Origin: Candidatus Velthaea sp.
Lineage (GTDB): Bacteria > Vulcanimicrobiota > Vulcanimicrobiia > Vulcanimicrobiales > Vulcanimicrobiaceae
Direction of reading: 5' to 3'
Assembly (NCBI GenBank): GCA_050012475.1
Contig: JBEKHC010000077.1
Location: forward strand, 1 to 25,558
DNA length: 25,558 nt
In this document: piece by piece, positions 1 to 7,985 of the stretch
How the letters are laid out: each line of letters begins with the position of its first letter
Position numbering within the stretch: position 1 is the stretch's first letter
Position numbers and translations under genes: made by a program
The notes under the pieces: model-generated
Databases searched by the model: none
What the model was told of the DNA's origin: nothing
What the model saw: the letters and a program-made list of their open reading frames with translations, nothing else

Positions 1-539
1 GTTGCGGCTCTGGTCATGGACGGTGTCGAAGAAGCGGAATTAACCCAACCCGTCCAGGCCCTGACGGCGGCGGGCGCGTCCGTCGACGTGATCTCGCAGA
101 ACGCAGGCACGATCGGGGCGTTCCCGTACCACACGCCGTCGATTCGCATTTCGATCGACAAAACGTTCGACAGCGTTTCTCCCGACGTGTACGATGCGCT
201 GCTGCTGCCCGGCGGCGCGCTCAATGCCGATGTGTTGCGCGTGGTCTCCGGAGCGCAAGCGTTCGCAACCGCTTTCGACCAGGCCGACAAGCCGATCGCG
301 GCGATCTGTCACGCGCCCCGGCTAGTCGCCTCTGCCAACTTACTGGCCGGCCGAACGCTGGCAAGCTTCCATGCCATCCACGACGACCTCGAAAATGCGG
401 GCGGGACATGGTGCGACGCACCCGGGGTCAACGACGGCTCATTACCAGCCGGCAGCCCGGCGACCTGCCGCAGTTCAACGCGGGCATGATCGCCCTGTTC
501 TCGGGCTCGCGCGCCCGTTTGGCCGGCGGGTCGCCCTAA
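1..539 (+). pseudogene. DJ-1/PfpI family (type 1 glutamine amidotransferase-like) protein, 5' end outside the window, frameshifted near nt 438-441
   Basis: Frame 1 from nt 1 reads VAALVMDGVEEAEL...YDALLLPGG...KPIAAICHAP...DDLENAGGTW. After VNDG (427-438) the family C-terminus LITSRQPGDLPQFNAGMIALF continues in frame 3 (from 438) to TAA 537-539, while frame 1 runs into unrelated residues and stops at 489. Confidence 0.8.
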
Positions 540-637
540 ATATCGGCCGGAGTTGTCCGGGAGTCAGGATCGGTCGGGCAAGGCTGCTCCTCCGGCTTGA
601 CCGCGGCTTGGGGGCAGAGAACGTGCACCGGCCGACG

Positions 638-1993
638 CTACTTGCCGATGCAGAAGCGGGCGAAGATCCCGTCGAGCATCTCTTCGGTCGCAGCCCCGCC
701 CGTGATCTCGCCCAGCGCGGCGCTCGCGGTCAGCAAATCGCCGGCGATGAGGTCGAGCGGAGCCCCGTCCGCCAGTGTTTTTCGGACCAGCGCGAGCGCA
801 CGGCGCGCGCGCTCAACGGCGTCGGCCTGACGCGCGCCGGCCAGATACGGACGCGTCGCATCGATCGCCTTGCCGTGCCAGCCCAGGCGGGCGATCTCGC
901 GCTTGAGCTGCTCCAGTGTCGCCGGGAGGAACGCCGAACCGCAGACGGCATCGAGCTCGGGAAGCTCGCGCTGCTCGTAGCCCGTGCTGCCGGCGTCACG
1001 CTTGTTGAAGAAGACCAGCCGTGGCCGCCCCCGTGTTGCGCCAAGCACCTCGCGCGCGTCCGGACCCAGCGCGACCGAGCCGTCGATGACGACCAGCGCC
1101 AGGGCGGCGGCCGCAAGCGTGCCGCGTGCGCGCTCGATCCCGATGCGTTCGAGTTCCTCGGCGTCCGCGCGCAGGCCGGCCGTGTCGATCGCCCGCACCA
1201 GCACGCCGTCGATCGAAAAGGCCTCCTCGATCGTGTCGCGCGTCGTGCCCGCAAACGGCGAAACGATCGCTCGTTCTTCCCCCAGAAACGCGTTGAGCAG
1301 CGACGATTTCCCCGCGTTGGGCGGACCGACGATCGCCAGCGAGAGCCCTTCGCGCACGATGCGTCCATGCTCCCCCTCTCGCGCCAGCGCTGCCAATTGG
1401 TCGTCGAGCGCAACGACCCGCGCGTGCGTGACGGCGGGGTCGGGGGCCGCCACTTCATCGGGGAAGTCGATCGATCCGGCGAGTTCTTCGAGGATCGCCC
1501 GCAGGTCGCTGCGGAGGGCGTCGATCAGCCGGCGCAAGCCGCCGGTGAGATTGGCGGTCGCGGCTTGCGCGGCGGCCCGCGACTCCGCCGCGATCAGATC
1601 CGCGACCGCCTCGGCCGCCGACAAATCGAATTTTCCGTTCAGAAAGCCGCGCCGCGTGAATTCGCCCGGTTCGGCCAGCCGCGCCCCCGCGGCCAGAAGC
1701 CCGCGCAAGGTCTCGCGCGCGGTGACCGGCGACCCGTGCACGTGCAGTTCGACGACATCCTCGCCCGTCGCCGTGCGCGGCCCGTCCATCGCGATAGCCA
1801 GTCCGCGATCGATCGGCCGTCCCGAAGGGTCGACGATTGCGCCGTACGTCGCGACCCGGTCGACCAGCGGGCTCGGCGAGTGAAACACGCGGGCGGCGAT
1901 CTGCCGTGCGGCCGGCCCGCTGCAGCGCACGATCGCGATGGCTCCGCGGCCGGGAGGCGTCGCGATCGCCGCGATCGTGTCGAGTTCACTCAC
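638..1993 (-). CDS. mnmE: tRNA modification GTPase MnmE (TrmE)
   Basis: N-terminal DTIAAIATPPGRGAIAIVRCSG, GEFTRRGFLNGK, G motifs GPPNAGKSS / GTTRD / DTAG / NKRD, C-terminal FCIGK. Canonical position after jag. Confidence 0.97.
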   Translation of the reverse strand: MSELDTIAAIATPPGRGAIAIVRCSGPAARQIAARVFHSPSPLVDRVATYGAIVDPSGRPIDRGLAIAMDGPRTATGEDVVELHVHGSPVTARETLRGLLAAGARLAEPGEFTRRGFLNGKFDLSAAEAVADLIAAESRAAAQAATANLTGGLRRLIDALRSDLRAILEELAGSIDFPDEVAAPDPAVTHARVVALDDQLAALAREGEHGRIVREGLSLAIVGPPNAGKSSLLNAFLGEERAIVSPFAGTTRDTIEEAFSIDGVLVRAIDTAGLRADAEELERIGIERARGTLAAAALALVVIDGSVALGPDAREVLGATRGRPRLVFFNKRDAGSTGYEQRELPELDAVCGSAFLPATLEQLKREIARLGWHGKAIDATRPYLAGARQADAVERARRALALVRKTLADGAPLDLIAGDLLTASAALGEITGGAATEEMLDGIFARFCIGK

Positions 1994-2020
1994 GACAGAT
2001 GCGGGCGCCGAGCGCCGCGC

Positions 2021-2647
2021 TCACTCGGCCTTCGGAAACACGACCAGCCGCCGCTCGGGCTCGACCCCTTCGGATTCGGTGCGTACGAACGGCGAATCGG
2101 CCAGGGCCAGATGCACGATTTTGCGTTCCGAGGGCAGCATCGGCTCGAGCTCGATCGGCCGGTTCTCCCGCACCACCCGCTCGAGCGTGGCCAAGGCCAG
2201 CGTTTTGAGCTGATCCGCGCGCCGCGCCCGATAGCCCTCCGCGTCGATCGTATAGTAGCGCCGGTTGTTTCGCACGCCGACGTTGACGATATTGTTGAAG
2301 ATCAGATTGACGGCTTCCAGCGTGTTGCCGTGCCGGCCGATCAAGTTGGCCAGGTCCGGGCCGCGAACCTCGAAATATTCGCCTTCGGAGCGCGCGATGA
2401 ACACGATCTCGACGTCGCGCAACCCCATGCGGGTCAAAATCTCTTCGAGCAGCGCGCGGGCGGGTTTGGCGGCTTCGGGTTCGACCGAGGCGGCGGCGGG
2501 TTCGCGCCGCGCCGGGTACGGGCGACGGGCGCCAGCGTCTGCCTCGCGCGGACCGCGTCCGCCCGGCGCAGGTGGGCGCCCGCCCCGGCGGCGTTGACCG
2601 TGGGCGCGGCGCGAGGCTGCATCGCCACCGGTAAAATCGTCGTTCAC
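2021..2647 (-). CDS. jag: Jag/EloR (KhpB) RNA-binding protein with KH and R3H domains, lacking a recognisable Jag_N domain
   Basis: KH motif LIGRHGNTLEA, IDAEGYRARR, R3H motif LEPMLPSERKIVH, end SEGVEPERRLVV. Start placed at GTG 2647 with GGAGAGGA upstream. The ORF-track start at 2779 overlaps yidC. Confidence 0.9.
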   Translation of the reverse strand: MNDDFTGGDAASRRAHGQRRRGGRPPAPGGRGPREADAGARRPYPARREPAAASVEPEAAKPARALLEEILTRMGLRDVEIVFIARSEGEYFEVRGPDLANLIGRHGNTLEAVNLIFNNIVNVGVRNNRRYYTIDAEGYRARRADQLKTLALATLERVVRENRPIELEPMLPSERKIVHLALADSPFVRTESEGVEPERRLVVFPKAE

Positions 2648-2699
2648 TTCGCTGGTGTCCTCTCCGTCGTCGCGCCCGTGCGCGGCAGCTGCAGATCCG

Positions 2700-3590
2700 T
2701 CAACGTTTGAGGCTGCGCTTCTTGGCCCGCCCGTTGCGCGATTGGCCGGCCCCGTTCGCGTCACTCTTGGGCGTAACATTTTTGGGGTTGGCGCCGGCGC
2801 TCACCGGCGCAGCGGCGGCGGCCGCGGCGGCCAGCGCGGCGGGCGACTTCGGGCCGACCAATCCGTAGCGTCGATACAAGAACAGCTGCTGTCCCATCGT
2901 GAAGATGTTGATCGACAGCCAGTATAGGATCAGCGCCGAGGCCCAGTGGTATTTGAGCCCGATATACGCGATCATCGCCGGCGAGACGAAGGCCATGATT
3001 TTTTGCGTCTGGGCCTGCTGCGGATCACTCGAGGGCGGGCTTCCGTAGCGCACGCTCAGATACATCGACACGACGTACAAGGCGAGCAGCAGCAGATCCG
3101 TCGACCCTAAGCTCGTGCCGAGGATCGGCATGCCGCCGACGGGGGCGAGGTGTTTTGAGAGATCCGACCCGATCCAGGCGAAATGTTCGTTGGCGAAGTC
3201 GCAGTCGAGCTGATGCTGCTGGCAGTTCACCAGCCGGTCTTGAATCGACCAGTAGAGCGCGATGAGAATCGGCAACTGCAGCACTACGGGGAAGCAGCCG
3301 GCGAGCGGGTTGACTTGGTGCTCTTTGTAGAGAGCCATCGTCTCGGCGTTGAGCTTTTGCGGATCGCCCTTGTGCTTCGCCTGCAAACCCTTGAGCAGCG
3401 GCTGCAGCTTTTGCATCTCCGCCATCGATTTGAACTGGGCTTGCGAAAGCGGCCAGAGCGCGAGCCGGACAACGAGCGCCAGGACGATCAGGCTCAAGCC
3501 GTACGAGGGGATCACGGAGTGGATCTCGGTGAGGACCCACGTCATCGCCGCGACGAGCGGCACGAATAACTGGTGGAAGAAGTTGCCCAC
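2700..3590 (-). CDS. yidC: Membrane protein insertase YidC/Oxa1, short form without a large periplasmic domain
   Basis: YGLSLIVLALVVRLALWP, MQKLQP, LYKEHQVNPLAGCFPVVLQLPILIALY, ALILYW. Start placed at GTG 3590 just after the yidD stop; start codon uncertain. Confidence 0.93.
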   Translation of the reverse strand: MGNFFHQLFVPLVAAMTWVLTEIHSVIPSYGLSLIVLALVVRLALWPLSQAQFKSMAEMQKLQPLLKGLQAKHKGDPQKLNAETMALYKEHQVNPLAGCFPVVLQLPILIALYWSIQDRLVNCQQHQLDCDFANEHFAWIGSDLSKHLAPVGGMPILGTSLGSTDLLLLALYVVSMYLSVRYGSPPSSDPQQAQTQKIMAFVSPAMIAYIGLKYHWASALILYWLSINIFTMGQQLFLYRRYGLVGPKSPAALAAAAAAAAPVSAGANPKNVTPKSDANGAGQSRNGRAKKRSLKR

Positions 3591-3603
3591 GCCTAGGGGG
3601 ACT

Positions 3604-3837
3604 CTACTTTCGTGACGGCGCCGGTACGGGGTCGAATCCGCCCGGATGCAAAGGGTGACAGCGCCCCAGGCGCCGCGCGGCAAGTACTATTCCACGGACG
3701 ACCCCGTGTTTCTGGATCGCTTCGACGGCATACGACGAGCACGACGGCAAAAATCGGCATGCCGGCGGGAGCAACGGCGAAATGACCACCTTGTAGGCCC
3801 GCAGCAGACCGACGATCAGCGCCGCCAGAAGCTTCAC
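3604..3837 (-). CDS. yidD: Membrane protein insertion efficiency factor YidD
   Basis: [27 protein letters not shown]...[17 protein letters not shown]. Lies between rnpA and yidC; GTGA overlap with rnpA. Confidence 0.95.
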   Translation of the reverse strand: MKLLAALIVGLLRAYKVVISPLLPPACRFLPSCSSYAVEAIQKHGVVRGIVLAARRLGRCHPLHPGGFDPVPAPSRK

Positions 3838-4157
3838 GGCGCCGCCCCGAAGGTCCGTTCGACTTGTGCTGCGAGATCGGTAAAGCTCAGTTCGCCGGCC
3901 CCCGGCCGGGCGATGAAGACGATATCACGCCACGGGAGTGTAGCGAACGGATAGCGGTCGAGAATCGCGCGCAGACGGCGCCGGACCCGATTGCGGACGA
4001 CCGCGCCGCCGACTTGAGCGCTCACCGTCACGCCGATACGCGTGCGCTCACGCCCGTCGACCGTCAGACAGGTCAAGAACTTCGCCGAACGCCGCCGACC
4101 CGTCCGCGACACGCGGGCAAAGTCGGCACGCCGGCGGAGCGAAGCGTAAGCCCTCAC
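3834..4157 (-). CDS. rnpA: Ribonuclease P protein component
   Basis: [24 protein letters not shown] (RNR motif), DIVFIAR; follows rpmH. Confidence 0.95.
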   Translation of the reverse strand: MRAYASLRRRADFARVSRTGRRRSAKFLTCLTVDGRERTRIGVTVSAQVGGAVVRNRVRRRLRAILDRYPFATLPWRDIVFIARPGAGELSFTDLAAQVERTFGAAP

Positions 4158-4181
4158 GCACCAACCCCCGGTGCTGCGGCG

Positions 4182-4316
4182 TCAAACGCTGAGCCGCTTA
4201 CGCCCTTTTTTGCGCCGCGCAGCGATCACCCGGCGCCCGTTTTTGGTCGCCATGCGCGAAAGAAAGCCGTGGACGCGCTTACGTCGCCGGTTATGAGGTT
4301 GAAAAGTGCGCTTCAC
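4182..4316 (-). CDS. rpmH: 50S ribosomal protein L34 (not in the ORF track)
   Basis: Manual translation from GTG 4316: [44 protein letters not shown], stop TGA 4184-4182. GGAGA upstream. Confidence 0.97.
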   Translation of the reverse strand: MKRTFQPHNRRRKRVHGFLSRMATKNGRRVIAARRKKGRKRLSV

Positions 4317-4366
4317 TCGACGGGTTCTCCAGACATAAAAATGGCCGTTTTGGGCGGCAGCACTGT

Positions 4367-4396
4367 AGTATACGGCTGCGAGCGTCGTCCGGTCAA
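4367..4396 (-). promoter_or_regulatory. Candidate sigma70-type promoter for the rpmH operon
   Basis: Minus strand TTGACC (4396-4391), 18-nt spacer, TATACT (4372-4367), about 50 nt upstream of the rpmH start. Confidence 0.6.
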
Positions 4397-4448
4397 CCCT
4401 TCCGCCCGAATCGCGGGGCGAACTCTCCTGCGCTGCGAAGACTTCTTA

Positions 4449-4619
4449 CGTTGTCCACACGTGTGGACAACGCTGTGGAAAAGCGTCGCTCGCATTGCTT
4501 CAAAAAGGCCCAATCCACACCGTTTCCTGCCGTCCGGCGAAGCGCTTTCGGGCTTGCGAAGAACTGCCGAAAACCTTGTTGCGTCAAGCGTCCGCAGCCC
4601 GCTTTGCGCCTGTGGATAA
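4449..4619. promoter_or_regulatory. DnaA-box cluster upstream of dnaA (left part of a bipartite oriC and/or dnaA autoregulation)
   Basis: TTGTCCACA 4451-4459, TGTGGACAA 4462-4470, TGTGGAAAA 4474-4482, CAATCCACA 4511-4519, perfect TGTGGATAA 4611-4619. Confidence 0.85.
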
Positions 4620-4758
4620 GTGCACAAAAAAGCTTAGAAGAAGCGCAGGAAGCGCTGGTTGCCGGGCCAATCCGAGAGGCTCATCTTTCCCGTTCCATGC
4701 GCGAACGGGGGGATTCGTTTTCGCGGTCCCCCAGGGCCGGATGTGGTGGCAGGTTGGC

Positions 4759-6120
4759 ATGAGCAGTGCGATCGGAACGGCGGGTACGGTTGAACTCTGG
4801 AGCGCGGCGCTCGAGCAGCTCGAGCGTAAGTATTCCAAGCCGATCTATGAGATGTGGCTCAAGCCGATGCGGCTGGTCGAATTGGGCCCGGCGGAGATCG
4901 TGCTTTCCGTGCACTCGAATTTTGCCCGTGATTGGGTCGAGAACCGCCTCAAAACCGACATTTCACACGTCCTTCACGGGCTATTGGGCGAAGCCATTGC
5001 GCTGCGTTTCGTCGTTGCCGACGGCGGTGACGGCGCCGACGGGCGCCCCGCGGCTCCTTCGGCAATCCAAGTGCCGCAGCCCGAAGAGTTGCGGTTGGGC
5101 AATCTCAACCCGCGCTATTCCTTCGACGAGTTCGTGGTGGGCAACAGCAATCGCTTTGCGCATGCCGCCTCACAAGCCGTAGCCGAAGCGCCGGCCAAAG
5201 CCTACAACCCGCTCTTTCTGTACGGTGGGGTCGGTTTGGGCAAGACTCACCTCATGCACGCCATCGGCCACCGGGTGTTGGGTGCTAACCCGCACGCGAA
5301 CGTGGTCTACGTGTCGAGCGAGAAATTCACCAACGAATTCATCATCGCGATCAAAAACAACCAAACCGTTGAATTCCGCAATCGCTACCGGCATGTCGAC
5401 GTGCTGCTCATCGACGACATCCAATTTCTCGAAGGCAAGGAACAAACCCAAGAAGAGTTTTTCCACACCTTTAATTCGCTGCATGAAGCCCAAAAGCAGC
5501 TCGTGATCTCCAGCGATCGTCCGCCCAAAGAGATTCAAACGCTAGAGTCGCGGTTGCGATCGCGTTTCGAATGGGGGTTGCTCACCGACATTCAGCCCCC
5601 CGATCTCGAGACGCGCGAAGCCATTCTGCGCAAGAAAGCCGAAGCCGAGAAAATTCCCGTTCCCGATGAAGTCACGTCCTTCATCGCCAAGGTCATCCCG
5701 TCCAACATCCGCGAGCTCGAAGGCTCGCTGATCCGCGTCGTCGCTTTCGCGTCACTCACGCGCTCTCCGATCTCGGTCGATCTCGCCGCCGAAGCGCTCA
5801 AAAATGCCGTCGCGCAAGCCCCGATCCACCGCATCACCATCCCGCTCATCAAGGAACGCGTCGCCAAAGCCCACGGTCTGTCGGTCAAGGAGATGGACAA
5901 TCCGCGCCGCGATCAGCGGTTGGCGGCGCCGCGCCACATCGCGATGTACATCGCCGCGGAACTAACTGAATGTTCGCTGCCCCAGATCGCACGCGAGTTC
6001 GGCAAGAAGGACCACACCACGGTCATGTACGCCCGCGACAAAGTCAAAGACATCATGGCTCGGGACGAAGCCTACCGCAACAAGGTTCGTTCGCTCATCG
6101 CAATGTGCCAAACGGAGTGA
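4759..6120 (+). CDS. dnaA: Chromosomal replication initiator DnaA
   Basis: LNPRYSFDEFVVGNSN, YNPLFLYGGVGLGKTHL (Walker A), LLIDDIQF (Walker B), RLRSRFEWG, NIRELEG, DHTTVMYA. Start placed at ATG 4759; the ORF-track start at 4495 runs through the DnaA boxes. Confidence 0.98.
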   Translation: MSSAIGTAGTVELWSAALEQLERKYSKPIYEMWLKPMRLVELGPAEIVLSVHSNFARDWVENRLKTDISHVLHGLLGEAIALRFVVADGGDGADGRPAAPSAIQVPQPEELRLGNLNPRYSFDEFVVGNSNRFAHAASQAVAEAPAKAYNPLFLYGGVGLGKTHLMHAIGHRVLGANPHANVVYVSSEKFTNEFIIAIKNNQTVEFRNRYRHVDVLLIDDIQFLEGKEQTQEEFFHTFNSLHEAQKQLVISSDRPPKEIQTLESRLRSRFEWGLLTDIQPPDLETREAILRKKAEAEKIPVPDEVTSFIAKVIPSNIRELEGSLIRVVAFASLTRSPISVDLAAEALKNAVAQAPIHRITIPLIKERVAKAHGLSVKEMDNPRRDQRLAAPRHIAMYIAAELTECSLPQIAREFGKKDHTTVMYARDKVKDIMARDEAYRNKVRSLIAMCQTE

Positions 6121-6492
6121 CCGCCGGACCGGCTGCTGCGCGCTCGCTGCCCGTCGCCGCGCTTTGAGTCAGCGCATACAGCAGCGCGGCTGCCGGCGAG
6201 CCGCGCGTGGGCCGTTCTCGAGTGAACACCCGTCGTGAGTTCCACGCGCGCTGCATCCCGCATCAGGGTCCCGACCGATATGCGTAACATGCGGGCTGAT
6301 CCCCGGCCGGCGCGCAGTTTTCCGAACACGCTCGGCGCGACCCGAAGTCGCAGCACGCCGTTCCAGAATGTCCGCTCGGTTGGAGCGAAGGCGCCGGTTT
6401 TCATCCGGCTGGAACTACACCGTGCCCCATTGCCGTACAGCACAGCGCAACGCAGCGGCGTTGGCAAGCCCGGCATGCTGCCCCCGGCACAG

Positions 6493-6564
6493 AAAGCGCC
6501 CAGCGCCGCAAGCCCTCGTGTCCGAAGCAACGAAACTGCGGCTCGGCGCAAAGCGCCCAACGCC
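6493..6564 (+). repeat. Imperfect 15-bp direct repeat pair
   Basis: AAAGCGCCCAGCGCC 6493-6507 and AAAGCGCCCAACGCC 6550-6564 (14/15 identical). Confidence 0.6.
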
Positions 6565-6565
6565 A

Positions 6566-6588
6566 CGGGCTCCGCTTCGCGGAGCCCG
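6566..6588. other. Perfect 10-bp GC-rich hairpin (possible terminator or DNA stem-loop)
   Basis: CGGGCTCCGC-TTC-GCGGAGCCCG; no immediate U-tract on either strand. Confidence 0.6.
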
Positions 6589-6589
6589 G

Positions 6590-6802
6590 CTGTCCCCAAC
6601 TTTCACGCTTTTCCGCGCACAGGGCCACTCAAAGGGGGTGGATAAACCGAATCGGCGCGTGAACGGTGCACACGGTGGACCGGCGCGCGATCCCATCCAC
6701 AGTCAAAAACAGCCCCAATCTCCCGCGAACCGGGCTTCCGCGGCGTTGTGCACGGTTCGCACCGCATTACTGCTACTACGACGAACTTTGTATCTTTAGA
6801 AC
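6590..6802. other. Replication origin core: degenerate DnaA boxes, DnaA-trios and AT-rich unwinding patch
   Basis: Box-like CTGTCCCCA 6590-6598, GGTGGATAA 6637-6645, CCATCCACA 6693-6701; tandem TTGTGCACG/GTTCGCACC 6746-6763; then TTA-CTG-CTA-CTA-CGA-CGA 6767-6784 and ACTTTGTATCTTTAGAA, immediately upstream of dnaN. Confidence 0.8.
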
Positions 6803-6843
6803 GAACGACTGCGTCGCATGCGCGACGGAACGGTGGACGACGA

Positions 6844-7962
6844 GTGAAGTTTACCTGCAGCACGAAAGACATCGCTGCGGCGGTCGGCGCCGCGAGCAAG
6901 ATCGTCAACGCCCATACCACGGTGCCGATCCTTTCCAACGTGTTGCTCACTGCGGACGACGGCGCGATCAAAGTGCGCGCAACCGATCTGGAGCTGACGC
7001 TCGAGCACGCTTTTCCCGCCGACGTCGCGGAGAGCGGTGCCGTCACTGTGCCCGCCAAGCTGTTTTCGGGGTATCTTGGCAATCTGCCGGCCGGCCTGCT
7101 CGAGCTCACGGGTTCGCCGACCCGCGCGTCGGTGAAAGCCGAGCGCTCGAATTATGACTTTCACGCGCTGCCGCCCGACGAGTATCCGCCGCTGCCTGCA
7201 GCGCAGAAGGGCGCGTCGTTTGCAATCAACGCCAAGAAATTTCGCGAAGGGGTCGGCGCCACGATCTTTGCCGCCTCGGGAGAAGAAGCACGCGGCGCAG
7301 TCCTGATGGGAACACTGCTCGAGATCGAAGGCGACAACATCACGATGGTCGCCACCGACGGGTACCGGCTGGCGAAGTGGTCGGCGCGTTTGGAACGCGG
7401 GCTCCCCGAGGGATCGGCGAAATACATCGTCCCGTCGCGCGCGCTTGCCGAATCGGCGCGGAACATCGGCAGCACCGAGACGCTCGAGATCACGGCCTTG
7501 GGTGCGCAGGCCAATCAGCTTGCGATCGCGGCCGACGCGACGTCGATCGTCGTGCGGTTGGTGGACGGACAATATCCCAACTACGGGCAGGTGATCCCGG
7601 CCAAGTTCGACCGCTCGGTGACGGTCAACACCAGCGCGCTCATCGGCGGCTTGCGCCGGGCCGAACTGGTGGCCGGCGACCGGGCGTCGATGGTAAAAGT
7701 CGCGATCGCCGACGGCCAACTCATCATCACGGCGAATTCCGATATCGCCGGCAACGCCTACGAAGAACTGCAAGTCGAACAGAGCGGCGACGATCTCACC
7801 ATCGCGTTCAATGCCCGGTATCTGGTCGAGATCCTCAATCACGTCGATTCGCCGCAAGTCGTGATGGAGTTTTTGGGGCCGCTTTCGCCGGCGGCGATCC
7901 GCCCGCTCGAAACCAGCGACAGCGGTCAGCAGCTGTACGTGCTGATGCCGTTGCGCCAGTAA
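6844..7962 (+). CDS. dnaN: DNA polymerase III beta sliding clamp
   Basis: MKFTC...VPILSNVLL, ATDLE, VATDGYRLA, RLVDGQYPNY, IAFNARYL, YVLMPLR. Start placed at GTG 6844. Confidence 0.97.
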   Translation: MKFTCSTKDIAAAVGAASKIVNAHTTVPILSNVLLTADDGAIKVRATDLELTLEHAFPADVAESGAVTVPAKLFSGYLGNLPAGLLELTGSPTRASVKAERSNYDFHALPPDEYPPLPAAQKGASFAINAKKFREGVGATIFAASGEEARGAVLMGTLLEIEGDNITMVATDGYRLAKWSARLERGLPEGSAKYIVPSRALAESARNIGSTETLEITALGAQANQLAIAADATSIVVRLVDGQYPNYGQVIPAKFDRSVTVNTSALIGGLRRAELVAGDRASMVKVAIADGQLIITANSDIAGNAYEELQVEQSGDDLTIAFNARYLVEILNHVDSPQVVMEFLGPLSPAAIRPLETSDSGQQLYVLMPLRQ

Positions 7963-7985
7963 TCCCGGGGCGCGTGCCGTCGCCG

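Noticed and set aside
371..2710. 779-aa plus-strand ORF
   Set aside because: Antisense shadow of mnmE and jag; Arg-rich with no motifs, typical of high-GC codon bias.
4449..4472. Palindrome as a parS site
   Set aside because: Does not fit the 16-bp TGTTNCACGTGAAACA spacing; fully explained by two inverted DnaA boxes.
4495..4758. N-terminal extension of DnaA in the ORF track (similar extensions for dnaN, recF, fabZ, yidC, jag, skp1)
   Set aside because: These run through regulatory DNA or upstream genes; family homology begins at the downstream starts chosen.
6072..6799. Several 75-175 aa ORFs in the dnaA-dnaN spacer
   Set aside because: Mutually overlapping, no recognisable domain or RBS, and some cross the DnaA boxes and trios. 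A small protein cannot be strictly excluded.
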